This document shows positions 11,870 to 20,828 of a stretch of 64,000 nucleotides of DNA, piece after piece. Source of the stretch: Candidatus Omnitrophota bacterium (GTDB taxonomy: Bacteria > Omnitrophota > Gorgyraeia > Gorgyraeales > Gorgyraeaceae). Within the stretch, counting starts at the first letter, position 1; each line of letters begins with the position of its first letter. The notes beneath the pieces were generated by a model. That model was not told where the DNA came from, ran no database searches, and was given only the letters and a program-made list of their open reading frames with translations. Position numbers and translations under genes: made by a program. The stretch spans positions 973 through 64,972 of the forward strand of contig JAPLMD010000026.1 in the NCBI GenBank assembly GCA_026387235.1, written 5' to 3'.

Positions 11870-12187
11870 CTAATCTTCTATGGTTATTATCCGAGAGAAA
11901 ATCTTCTTGGAAACCTCGGAGATGTCCTTGTCTTTTCTCTCTTTAATGGCAAGGGTTTCTTCCCTGACTGCTTTAAGAACATTTTCTTTTTCAGACATAA
12001 ATCTTTTTTCTGATTTTTCTTTTTCTTTATGGCTGGAATCGTCTGCTTCTATAGCTGCTCTGTCTATTATATTTTCTTTTTCTTTTTTAGCGTCTCTCGC
12101 GATGCGCTCGGCCTCTTCTTTTGCGTCCTGAAGTATCTTACCGGCCCTTTCCTCTTCCTTCAGAATCTTTTCAATCGCGTCTTTCAT
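11870..12187 (-). CDS. V/A-type ATP synthase subunit G/H (peripheral stalk)
   Basis: 105 aa charged coiled coil (AIEKILKEEERA...) heading the ATPase operon. Confidence 0.8.
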   Translation of the reverse strand: MKDAIEKILKEEERAGKILQDAKEEAERIARDAKKEKENIIDRAAIEADDSSHKEKEKSEKRFMSEKENVLKAVREETLAIKERKDKDISEVSKKIFSRIITIED

Positions 12188-12190
12188 GAT

Positions 12191-12757
12191 TTAGCGGCTC
12201 CCCGGTTTTATTATCTCAACGCCCTTTTTGCATAAAGGGCAATCCTCAGGCTTATAGGCGGGAAAATCAAGCCTTACCAGACTTTTTAATTTTACACCAA
12301 AATCAAGGGTTTTTCCACTTCTATTTACCACGCAGCCCACGCCTATTATCCCGGCGCCTTTTGATCTCACTGCCTCCAATACCTCATTCGTAGAAAGGCC
12401 TGTTGTTATAACATCTTCAACCACAAGGACCCTGTCTTCTTTTTTTAATTCAAAACCTCTCCTTAAGGTCATTTTGCCTTCTACCCGCTCTGTGAATAAA
12501 GATTTTACTCTTAAAGCGCGTCCTGTTTCATAAGAAACTATTATCCCTCCCAGGGCAGGCGCCACTACGCAGGTAGGCAAATCATCTTTAAAATAATCCG
12601 CCAGTTCCCCGCATAATTCTTCAGCTATATCAGGATACTGCAATAAAAGCGCGCACTGAAAATAATTCCCGCTATGAAGCCCGCTCGAAAGCATGAAATG
12701 CCCTTTCAATAAGGCTCCTGTTTCTTCAAATAATTTTAAAATCTCTTGTTCTTTCAA
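12191..12757 (-). CDS. pyrE: Orotate phosphoribosyltransferase
   Basis: GHFMLSSGLHS, PRPP motif VLVVEDVITTG, C-terminal CPLC...KPGSR; TTG start with SD GGAG. Confidence 0.95.
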   Translation of the reverse strand: MKEQEILKLFEETGALLKGHFMLSSGLHSGNYFQCALLLQYPDIAEELCGELADYFKDDLPTCVVAPALGGIIVSYETGRALRVKSLFTERVEGKMTLRRGFELKKEDRVLVVEDVITTGLSTNEVLEAVRSKGAGIIGVGCVVNRSGKTLDFGVKLKSLVRLDFPAYKPEDCPLCKKGVEIIKPGSR

Positions 12758-12768
12758 AAAAACTCCTT

Positions 12769-12824
12769 ACCTTGGTCCACCTGACAGGTGAGCCAAATGG
12801 CTCACCTGTCAGGTGGACCAAGGT
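12769..12824. repeat. Long perfect inverted repeat, family B copy 1 (pyrF-pyrE spacer)
   Basis: 27-bp arms accttggtccacctgacaggtgagcca-aa-tggctcacctgtcaggtggaccaaggt; homologous to 58386-58436. Confidence 0.9.
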
Positions 12825-12826
12825 TC

Positions 12827-13519
12827 TCAAATTGTTCTAAATGCCTTGACCGGATCTTTGGCCTTTGTAACAGGCCTTCCTATCACAATATAATCCGCGC
12901 CCCGTTCAAACGCTTCTTTGGGAGTCGCTACCCTTTTCTGGTCCCCGGCCTCACTCCCTTCAGGCCTTACGCCAGGCGTAACTATTAAAAAATCTCTTCC
13001 TGTATTTTTTCTTACCGCGATTATTTCCTCCGGGGACGCTACCACGCCGTCTAAACCTGCGTCCCTGGCCAATTTCGCCAGATTCAAAACCTGCTCTTCG
13101 GGCGATTTATTTACTCCGGATCTTTTCAAAGCTTCTCCATCCATGCTGGTAAGGACTGTTACCCCTAAGATCTTCGGCCTTGATATCCCCAGTTTCCCGC
13201 TTTCTTCTTCCGCAGCCTCTACAGCCTTTTTCATCATGCTATCCCCGCCTGACGCGTGCACGTTAAACATAAACACGCCGAACCTGACAGCTGCTTTGCT
13301 GGCGGCATAAACCGTATTCGGGATATCGTGAAATTTCAGGTCCAGAAAAATATCCTTGTCGTATTTTTTGACAAGATCTATCGCTTTCGGCCCGCAGGAA
13401 TAGAATAACTCCATGCCTATTTTAAAAATCTGCGCCTCGGGGCTTAAAATATCCAAAAGCCGCTCTTCTTCTTTAAGGGTATTCACATCCAGCGCTATTA
13501 TAATTCTATCTTTTATCAT
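12827..13519 (-). CDS. pyrF: Orotidine-5'-phosphate decarboxylase
   Basis: IIALD, FLDLKFHDIPNT, VTPGVR, VIGRPV. Confidence 0.97.
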   Translation of the reverse strand: MIKDRIIIALDVNTLKEEERLLDILSPEAQIFKIGMELFYSCGPKAIDLVKKYDKDIFLDLKFHDIPNTVYAASKAAVRFGVFMFNVHASGGDSMMKKAVEAAEEESGKLGISRPKILGVTVLTSMDGEALKRSGVNKSPEEQVLNLAKLARDAGLDGVVASPEEIIAVRKNTGRDFLIVTPGVRPEGSEAGDQKRVATPKEAFERGADYIVIGRPVTKAKDPVKAFRTI

Positions 13520-14420
13520 TCAAGCCGCCTACAATGTCTTCGATTTTTTCTATTTTATGCTTCCTTAGATACGCTTCGATACCTTTTACTATTTTCCCGC
13601 ATATACCGGGCTCTACAAAATTAGCAGTGCCTACCTGTATAGCCATAGCGCCTGCCAGCATAAATTCAATAGCGTCATCGCTATTCATTATACCACCTGC
13701 GCCTATAACGGGGATATTAATATTCTTCGAGACTTCATAGACCATTCTCAGGGCTATTGGTTTTATGCATGGCCCGCTCAAACCGCCTGTAATATTGCCG
13801 AGTTTCGGCTTTCTCGCATCTATGTCTATAGCCATTCCCAAAAACGTATTCACCAGGCTTACCGCGTCCGAACCCGCGTTCTCCGCCGCCTCGGCAATCT
13901 CAACTATATCCGTCACATTAGGAGAAAGTTTTGTAATGAGGGCTTTATTCGTTACCTTCCTCACGGCCTTTACAACTTCATACGTTGCTTTAGCATCCTG
14001 CGCTACCAGCCTTTTGCTTTTAAGATTAGGGCACGATATATTCAGCTCTATGCCTCTTATATTCTTTATCTTATCAATCCTTCTGGCAAGAATAAAAAAT
14101 TCGTCTATATTATTCCCGGATATGCTCACTATGATAGGGGCTCCTATTTTAGAGAGATACGGCATTTTTTCCTTTATGAAATCATCTACGCCTTCGTTCT
14201 GAAGCCCTATCGCATTGAGCATCCCGGCTTGGGTCTCGCATATCCTGGGCATAGGATTGCCCTGTTTCGGGTTTAACGTTATGGTCTTCGTAATAATTGC
14301 TCCTATTTCTGCCAAGTTAACCAGTTCTTCGAATTCCTTAGCGTACCCGAACGCGCCTGACGCAGCCATCACAGGATTTTTAAGCCTTATCTTTCCTATC
14401 TTCACTCCCAACATTCCCAT
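13506..14420 (-). CDS. pyrD: Dihydroorotate dehydrogenase 1B catalytic subunit
   Basis: KNPVMAASG, NAIGLQN, ELNISCPN, KLSPNV, GGLSGP; start uncertain (14441/14420/14414). Confidence 0.95.
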   Translation of the reverse strand: MGMLGVKIGKIRLKNPVMAASGAFGYAKEFEELVNLAEIGAIITKTITLNPKQGNPMPRICETQAGMLNAIGLQNEGVDDFIKEKMPYLSKIGAPIIVSISGNNIDEFFILARRIDKIKNIRGIELNISCPNLKSKRLVAQDAKATYEVVKAVRKVTNKALITKLSPNVTDIVEIAEAAENAGSDAVSLVNTFLGMAIDIDARKPKLGNITGGLSGPCIKPIALRMVYEVSKNINIPVIGAGGIMNSDDAIEFMLAGAMAIQVGTANFVEPGICGKIVKGIEAYLRKHKIEKIEDIVGGLNDKR

Positions 14421-14448
14421 TTTTCTTCTCCCGCCATCCATTTGAGTT

Positions 14449-15228
14449 TTACCAAATTAACTCGGAGGCGTTAAACACCGGGCCGTCTTTGCAGGCAAGC
14501 TTACTGCCTGATTTCGTTTTGACGACGCACCCGAGGCACGCGCCGATCCCGCAGGCCATCTTTTCCTCTAACGACACCTGGCATTCAAAATTCCTTTCCA
14601 GGCATATATCCGCAATGCATCTGAGCATGCCGTGCGGCCCGCAAACATATACAATAGTTTCAAACTTGCTTTCCGTAGTCTTCAGGATTTTATGGAACAG
14701 CTTCGACACAAAACCCTTGCAGCCATAAGTGCCGTCGTCAGTGGAAACATAAACCTCAGGCGCAGCTTTTTTAAAATCCTTTTCGCATAAAATAAGGCTT
14801 CTTGTTTTCGCGCCTATCAAGACTATTGTTTTTATCTTATTCTTCTTTAGCTCCTCCGCCAGATATACAAGCGGCGCGGCGCCTATGCCGCCGGCAATTA
14901 TAATGGCCCTGGGTTCCAGATTGGAAGTTCCGGGCAGGATAAAACCGTTTCCCAATGGCCCGAGAACATCCACAAATTCTCCGTCTTTTTTCTTAGACAA
15001 AACCTCTGTGCCCTTGCCGACCACCTCATACAGAATCTCTATGCCCCTTTTTACCTTATGTATGCTGAAAGGCCTTCTCAAAAGCGGCTCCGAAGAATCA
15101 CTGCACCTGATCTCCACAAACTGCCCTGGTTTTACAATCCTCGCGATATAAGAGGCGTCGAGATGCATCTTATAATAAGCCGGGCCGACTTTATTATTCG
15201 AGTAGATTTTCGCTTTAATGTCTTTCAT
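14449..15228 (-). CDS. pyrK: Dihydroorotate dehydrogenase electron-transfer subunit
   Basis: PGQFV, LRRPFSI, GGIGAAP, MACGIGACLGC...CKDGPVF [2Fe-2S] motif. Confidence 0.95.
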   Translation of the reverse strand: MKDIKAKIYSNNKVGPAYYKMHLDASYIARIVKPGQFVEIRCSDSSEPLLRRPFSIHKVKRGIEILYEVVGKGTEVLSKKKDGEFVDVLGPLGNGFILPGTSNLEPRAIIIAGGIGAAPLVYLAEELKKNKIKTIVLIGAKTRSLILCEKDFKKAAPEVYVSTDDGTYGCKGFVSKLFHKILKTTESKFETIVYVCGPHGMLRCIADICLERNFECQVSLEEKMACGIGACLGCVVKTKSGSKLACKDGPVFNASELIW

Positions 15229-15229
15229 G

Positions 15230-16462
15230 TCAGAATAAATCCAATTGTTTTTCACCTGCGGAATCTTTTTCTTTTAATATCTCTATTTCGCCGTATTCCC
15301 CGTCAAAACCAGGCAGAATATTTACATTTCCGTTTCTAACGTTTACGATCGCCTTTGCTATTTTTATCGGCAATTCTTTCAAGAGTTTATCCTCGCTGAC
15401 TTCCATCAATACCTCAAGCTCTGTGCCAAGCCGCGGTATTATAGCGCGGTACTCCGCGCTAACCGCTTTAGAAGCATCGCCTACGCCCAGCGTGTCAGCT
15501 ATTATCTCTGCAAGCGGTATCATTCTTTTATAAGGGATGCTGTTCTCCGGGATAAAACCTTCCGGCCTGTCCGCAAGTTCTAAGACCCTGTTCATAACTC
15601 CTATTGTAAGAGGTTTTCCGCACTTAGGGCAAATATTTTTATTCTTTTTTGTTTCGCCGGGGCTGAGCCTGACATTGCACAAGCGATGGCCGTCGTAGTG
15701 ATACTTGCCCTCTTCAGGAAAAAATTCAATGGTAGATAAAAATTTCTTTTTATCTTTTTTCTTCAATGCGTCCAGTATAGCTTTATAGCTCATCTCAGTA
15801 TCAAATACATTCGCTTCTCTCCCTATTTTCTGAGGGCTGTGAGAATCAGAATTTGATAAGAGGGCGAATCTGTCCAGCTTGCTCCATTGCCAATTCATGC
15901 CGGGGTCTGAAGAAAGCCCTGTCTCCAAGGCGTAAATGTCTTTGGCGTATTCTTCAAAACATTCTTCTATTGAATCAAAACCTGACTTAGAGCCAAAAAG
16001 CGAGAACCAGGGGGTCCATATATGCCCCGGCACCAGAAAGACATCTTTACTGATGCCGAATAAAATCTCTGCCAGGTCTTTAGCGTCAATGCCTATGATA
16101 GGCCTCCCGTCATACGCAATATTCCCATAACCCGAAAGAGTAGAATTTATTTTATCGGCAATATCAAAACTCGGCACAAAAATAACATTATGAATTTTTC
16201 TGACCTTGCCGTTTTTCGAATAGATACTGGATACCTCTCCCGTGAGCATAAAATTCACGCCGTTATATTCAAATAAACCGTTTCCGGAATCTTTCAGGGT
16301 GTTTTTCAATTCTTCAAGCCACAGGTGGTGCGTGAAATCACCTGTGCCCAGCAAAGATATGCCTTTAAGCTTCGCGTATTCCGAAAGCGTCTTTATGTTC
16401 ATGTCAGGGCTTGTGGCGCGGCTGTATTTGGAATGTATGTGGAAATCAGCTATAAACTTCAT
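15230..16462 (-). CDS. Endonuclease Q family (PHP-domain DNA repair endonuclease, TIGR00375-like)
   Basis: ADFHIHSKYSRATS, GTGDFTH, GHIWTPWFS, ETGLSSD, SNSDSHS, GKYHYDGHRLC...CPKCG...GV..RV, PGFDGEYG. Confidence 0.88.
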   Translation of the reverse strand: MKFIADFHIHSKYSRATSPDMNIKTLSEYAKLKGISLLGTGDFTHHLWLEELKNTLKDSGNGLFEYNGVNFMLTGEVSSIYSKNGKVRKIHNVIFVPSFDIADKINSTLSGYGNIAYDGRPIIGIDAKDLAEILFGISKDVFLVPGHIWTPWFSLFGSKSGFDSIEECFEEYAKDIYALETGLSSDPGMNWQWSKLDRFALLSNSDSHSPQKIGREANVFDTEMSYKAILDALKKKDKKKFLSTIEFFPEEGKYHYDGHRLCNVRLSPGETKKNKNICPKCGKPLTIGVMNRVLELADRPEGFIPENSIPYKRMIPLAEIIADTLGVGDASKAVSAEYRAIIPRLGTELEVLMEVSEDKLLKELPIKIAKAIVNVRNGNVNILPGFDGEYGEIEILKEKDSAGEKQLDLF

Positions 16463-17733
16463 GCCTTGTATATGACCTTTCCTTTATATATCGTATATTC
16501 TACAACGCCTTTTAATTTCCTGCCGATGAAGGCTGAATTTTTAGACCTGGATACAAAATCTTGTTTTTTCACCAGCCATTCTTTATCAGGAGAAATAATA
16601 ACTATATCAGCATCCTTACCCGGCCCTAAAGTTCCTTTATCTATACCCAGAACATTCGCGGGATTAAGAGAAATCTTTTTTACAAGCTCGCTCCAGGTTA
16701 ATATCCTGCGGTCTATAAGTTCGGTGATGCTTACCGCAAGCTCTGTTTCCAAACCTATGCTTCCGAATTCCGCATACTCGAATTCTATATCTTTTTCATT
16801 CTCAGTGTGAGGCGCGTGGTCAGACGCAATAACATCTATTGTGCCGTCTTTCAACCCCTCTCTTATCGCGAGAACATCGTCTTCTGCCCTTAAGGGCGGG
16901 TTGACTTTCATATTTGTATTATAGCCCAGCAGATCTTTTTCATTCAAAGTAAAATAATGCGGGGCGGTTTCCGCAGTCACTTTCACGCCTTTTTTCTTCG
17001 CCTTTCTTATTATCTCCACTGATTCGCCGCAGCTTACGTGGGCAATATGGACGCCGGCGCCTGATTTTTCCGCAAGCATAATATCTCTGGCCACCCTTTT
17101 ATATTCGGATTCTTTTGAAATACCCCTCAGGCCGAGCTTTGTGGACGTAAAACCTAAATTAACCACGCCTTTACCTGAAAGCGACTTATCCTCTGAATGG
17201 CATATTACAGGAATCTTTTCTTTTTTCGCCTTTTCAAACGCCCTTAACATTAACTCGTCATTGTCAACTGACGCGCCGTCGTCTGAAATAGCAACTATCC
17301 CTTCTTTTTTTAATGCCTGGATGTCGGTTAACTCCCGGCCGGCCCTTCCGATTGTAATTGCGCCGCATATAAATACATCCACGTTCGCAGTATTTTTAAC
17401 AATATCTTTCAGCGTTTTGATAATCTCTATCGAGTCAAGGCTGGGTAAAGTGTTCGGCATAGCCAGAACGCTGGTAACGCCTCCTTTACCTGCGGCTTTT
17501 GTGCCGCTACTGACAGTCTCCTTGTCTTCTCTGCCAGGCTCCCTCAAATGCACGTGCATGTCAACAATACCTGGCATGACTATTTTACCTGCGGCATCGA
17601 TTAAAGTATCAGCTTTAACGTCTATGCCCCTGGCCGCCTTGGATATCTTCCCGTCTTCTACGAGAATGTCCATGACCTCTTCTATCTTACCGGCCGGGTC
17701 TATCACGCGTCCATTTTTAATGAGTAATTTCAT
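16459..17733 (-). CDS. pyrC: Dihydroorotase (type I)
   Basis: DMHVHLREPG, AMPNT, KVNPPLR, IASDHAPH. Confidence 0.96.
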   Translation of the reverse strand: MKLLIKNGRVIDPAGKIEEVMDILVEDGKISKAARGIDVKADTLIDAAGKIVMPGIVDMHVHLREPGREDKETVSSGTKAAGKGGVTSVLAMPNTLPSLDSIEIIKTLKDIVKNTANVDVFICGAITIGRAGRELTDIQALKKEGIVAISDDGASVDNDELMLRAFEKAKKEKIPVICHSEDKSLSGKGVVNLGFTSTKLGLRGISKESEYKRVARDIMLAEKSGAGVHIAHVSCGESVEIIRKAKKKGVKVTAETAPHYFTLNEKDLLGYNTNMKVNPPLRAEDDVLAIREGLKDGTIDVIASDHAPHTENEKDIEFEYAEFGSIGLETELAVSITELIDRRILTWSELVKKISLNPANVLGIDKGTLGPGKDADIVIISPDKEWLVKKQDFVSRSKNSAFIGRKLKGVVEYTIYKGKVIYKA

Positions 17734-18685
17734 CTTTTTTATCCTTATCCCGCGCCTGAGACACCCAGAATAAAACCGCCATCCTGACAGCTATGCCGTT
17801 AGTAACCTGCTCCAATATAACGGAATTCACGCCGTCCGCAACCTCGCTTGATATTTCAACGCCTCTATTTATCGGCCCGGGGTGCATTACAATAATGCCC
17901 TTCTTGGCCTTTTTCAGCCTCTCTTCTGTGATGCCGAATTTCTTAAAATATTCCAACTGGCTCGGAAACGCCTTCATGTCATCCCGCTCGAACTGCATCC
18001 TTAAAACATTTATGGCGTCTGAGCCGCTAAGCGCCTCATCTATATCGTTAGTAATTTTAACGTTCATATTTTCTATGCCCGGAGGGATCAGAATGCCGGG
18101 CGCGCAGACAGTCACATTGGCCCCGAACTTGGTCAATCCCCATATATTTGAACGCGCGACGCGCGAATGCGCAATGTCGCCCACTATGCTCACGTTCAGG
18201 CCTTCCAGCCTGCCTGTTTTCTTCCTCAAGGTAAACATGTCCAAAAGCGCCTGCGTCGGGTGCTCGTGCCAGCCGTCGCCCGCGTTTATTACGCTTATGC
18301 TTACATTCCGCGCCAGCATGTCAGCAGCGCCGGAACAGTTATGCCTCACCACGATAATATCTGCCTTCAGCGCCTCTATGTTTTTGCCTGTATCATTAAG
18401 CGTTTCTCCTTTTTTTACGCTGGAAGACTCTACTGCAATGTTTATGACATCAGCTGACAGTCTCTTGGCAGCCACTTCAAAGGATACCCTGGTCCTGGTG
18501 GATGGCTCATAAAAAAGATTGACTACTGTTTTACCGCGCAGGGCAGGGACTTTCTTGATCTTTCTATCCAGGATTTCCCTGAAAGATTCAGCCGTGTCTA
18601 AAAGCAGCTCGATGTCCTCTTTTGAAAGATATTCCAACCCCAGGAGGTCCTTATGAACCCATTTTGCTGTTTTCTTCTTTGTCAT
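17717..18685 (-). CDS. pyrB: Aspartate carbamoyltransferase catalytic subunit
   Basis: [32 protein letters not shown]. Confidence 0.97.
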   Translation of the reverse strand: MTKKKTAKWVHKDLLGLEYLSKEDIELLLDTAESFREILDRKIKKVPALRGKTVVNLFYEPSTRTRVSFEVAAKRLSADVINIAVESSSVKKGETLNDTGKNIEALKADIIVVRHNCSGAADMLARNVSISVINAGDGWHEHPTQALLDMFTLRKKTGRLEGLNVSIVGDIAHSRVARSNIWGLTKFGANVTVCAPGILIPPGIENMNVKITNDIDEALSGSDAINVLRMQFERDDMKAFPSQLEYFKKFGITEERLKKAKKGIIVMHPGPINRGVEISSEVADGVNSVILEQVTNGIAVRMAVLFWVSQARDKDKKDEITH

Positions 18686-19221
18686 TCCCCGGTTTCCTCT
18701 ATGCCGACGCTATCCTCATTATCCGTCTCCTGCAATTTCACCTGCACAAGCTCTTTCTGCGAAGTAGGGATATTTTTCCCCACGTAATCAGCCCGGATAG
18801 GAAGCTCGCGATGGCCCCTGTCTATAAGGACCGCGAGCTGTATTGTCTTAGGCCTTCCAAAATCTATAAGGGCGTCCAACGCGCACCTGATAGTGCGGCC
18901 CGTATATAAAACATCATCCACAAGCACTATATTTTTATTCTCTATGTCAAAGTCTATCTCGGTATTATGAATCACGGGCTGTTCGGATATGGCGCTCAGA
19001 TCGTCCCTGTAAAAGGTTATATCCAAAGCTCCCACGTCTAATTTCGTGCCGTATAGATTATTTATCACTTTTGCGATGCGCTCCGCCAGGACATACCCCC
19101 TGGTTCTTATCCCTACTATGGCAAGGTCCTTGACGCCTTTATTGTTTTCTATAATCTCATGGCTTATCCTTGTAATCGAACGCTCTATTTCTTCTTTTGT
19201 GAAAACTTGTTTTAGAGGCAT
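18682..19221 (-). CDS. pyrR: Bifunctional pyr operon regulator / uracil phosphoribosyltransferase
   Basis: [36 protein letters not shown]. Confidence 0.97.
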   Translation of the reverse strand: MPLKQVFTKEEIERSITRISHEIIENNKGVKDLAIVGIRTRGYVLAERIAKVINNLYGTKLDVGALDITFYRDDLSAISEQPVIHNTEIDFDIENKNIVLVDDVLYTGRTIRCALDALIDFGRPKTIQLAVLIDRGHRELPIRADYVGKNIPTSQKELVQVKLQETDNEDSVGIEETGE

Positions 19222-19239
19222 GCTATCTCCTGGTTAGAT

Positions 19240-19278
19240 AAAATGAAATGGGCTTAACCATTTCTGATTAAGCCCATT
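19240..19278 (-). terminator. Attenuator terminator hairpin in the pyrR leader
   Basis: Minus strand AATGGGCTTAA-tcagaaatgg-TTAAGCCCATT followed by TCATTTT. Confidence 0.75.
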
Positions 19279-19319
19279 ATATACTAAAATTATAAAATCC
19301 GCTATATTCACTTTTTACT

Positions 19320-19351
19320 CCCTTTCCAGCCTCTCTGTGCTGATTTAAAGG
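19320..19351 (-). promoter_or_regulatory. PyrR-binding RNA stem-loop (anti-antiterminator)
   Basis: Minus strand CCUUUAAAUCAGCACAGAGAGGCUGGAAAGGG matches the CUUUAA...AG(U)CCAGAGAGGCU...AAGG consensus; sits between promoter and terminator upstream of pyrR. Confidence 0.88.
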
Positions 19352-19367
19352 TACTTACTAGTGTTAA

Positions 19368-19395
19368 ATTATACCACCTATTTTTAGAATGTCAA
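19368..19395 (-). promoter_or_regulatory. Sigma70-type promoter of the pyr operon
   Basis: TTGACA-16 nt-TATAAT with TG extension on the minus strand. Confidence 0.85.
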
Positions 19396-20828
19396 GGTTT
19401 TCCTAAAGAGATAAAAAACTTGTTTTTTATTATCACTGCAAATCCTTCAAATAACATCTTTATCTCGGGCAAGCAGGGATTTTTCATTAGGTGCATGATC
19501 CTGTGCATAAAGAATCTAGGATTGAAATAGACTTTCCTATATGCCTCTTTTATTGATTTCTCCAGAATAGGTAAATCCAATTGGTCTTTTAATATCTTTC
19601 CTTTCTTATTAAAATATTCGTCGTAATCGTATGAAAGTAATGTCTTATTTCTTTTCGCCTCATCGAATAACTGGCTGCCGGGCAGAGGGGTGAATATATT
19701 AAACGTCGTGTAGGTCGGGTTTAATTTTAGAGCAAAATTAATAGTTTTTTTAATCTCATCGACGGTTTCGCCCGGCATCCCTATCATGAATGATGCCTTG
19801 GCCGCAATTCCTATTTTCTTTGTGGAGTTAATTGCTTCCTCTGCCTGTTCTAAGGTCGTATATTTTTTTGCCTGCGTGTGCCACTTTTGTGTCCCGAAGT
19901 CTACTCCATATTTTATATTGCGGCATCCTGCTTTCCTCATAGCCAGCAACATCTCTTTGTCTACCGTATCCACCCTCGCATAGCAATTCCATGTAATCTT
20001 AATATCCTCGTGCAGCAATTTTTCGCAAAATTCCATTATCCTTTCTTTTGGCGCCGTAAGCACGTCGTCATAAAAACGGAAGTCGTGTATTCCAAAGTCG
20101 CGTATGCATGATTTTATTTCTTCAATAACGTTTGCGATTGAGCGGAATTTTACTCTATTTTTGAAACGACTGCCGGCTCTGCCGCAATACGTGCACTGGT
20201 ACGGACAACCTCTTGAAGAAAGGATGCCGGTTGACGGCAGTTGATAATAGTTACTTGGAATGGGGATATACCTACCCACATCTACTAAATGCCGCGCCGG
20301 AAAAGGCAAACTATCCAAATCTTCGATGGGTTCATGCAGGGGGTTTTGTATCACGGCGCCGGCCTCGCGCCAGACAAGGCCCCTGATATCAGGAACATCT
20401 ATTCCTATCACAAGGTCAGTAAACGACCTCTCTCCCTCTCCGTAAATTAAATAATCAAAGTTTTTGAACATCTCCAGGGTTTCTACCGGCAGGGCCGATG
20501 CGTGGGCTCCTCCGACAATTATCTTGGCCTTACTGTATTGCCGGATCAATCCTGCTATCCGATTTGCAGTTATAATGGAGTTAGTGTAGGCAGTCATACC
20601 GATAAAGTCAAAATTAGTATGCTGCAATGCATCTACTAAACGCTGTTCTGCGTCATTATGCAAGGCCATATCAATAAAAGAAACGCGCATCCCTTGCTTT
20701 TCTAAAAAAGAGGCGATATATAACAATCCCAGCTCTAATTCGTGACCACCGTAGTCTTTTCTAAAACTCCCTCCAAAATCTATGGATAAGCGCGCGGGAG
20801 GGCGGACAAGTAATATATTCTTAGTCAT
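19392..20828 (-). CDS. Cobalamin-dependent (class B) radical SAM enzyme
   Basis: N-terminal B12-binding fold (LGLLYIAS, GGAHAS, GEGE), SRGCPYQCTYC, FMIGMPGET. Confidence 0.9.
   Translation of the reverse strand: MTKNILLVRPPARLSIDFGGSFRKDYGGHELELGLLYIASFLEKQGMRVSFIDMALHNDAEQRLVDALQHTNFDFIGMTAYTNSIITANRIAGLIRQYSKAKIIVGGAHASALPVETLEMFKNFDYLIYGEGERSFTDLVIGIDVPDIRGLVWREAGAVIQNPLHEPIEDLDSLPFPARHLVDVGRYIPIPSNYYQLPSTGILSSRGCPYQCTYCGRAGSRFKNRVKFRSIANVIEEIKSCIRDFGIHDFRFYDDVLTAPKERIMEFCEKLLHEDIKITWNCYARVDTVDKEMLLAMRKAGCRNIKYGVDFGTQKWHTQAKKYTTLEQAEEAINSTKKIGIAAKASFMIGMPGETVDEIKKTINFALKLNPTYTTFNIFTPLPGSQLFDEAKRNKTLLSYDYDEYFNKKGKILKDQLDLPILEKSIKEAYRKVYFNPRFFMHRIMHLMKNPCLPEIKMLFEGFAVIIKNKFFISLGKP

Noticed and set aside
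14905-14935. Possible degenerate heptamer-repeat insert in pyrK (GTSNLEPR) and before pyrD (DGGRRK)
   Set aside because: Too short and degenerate to support as a repeat.
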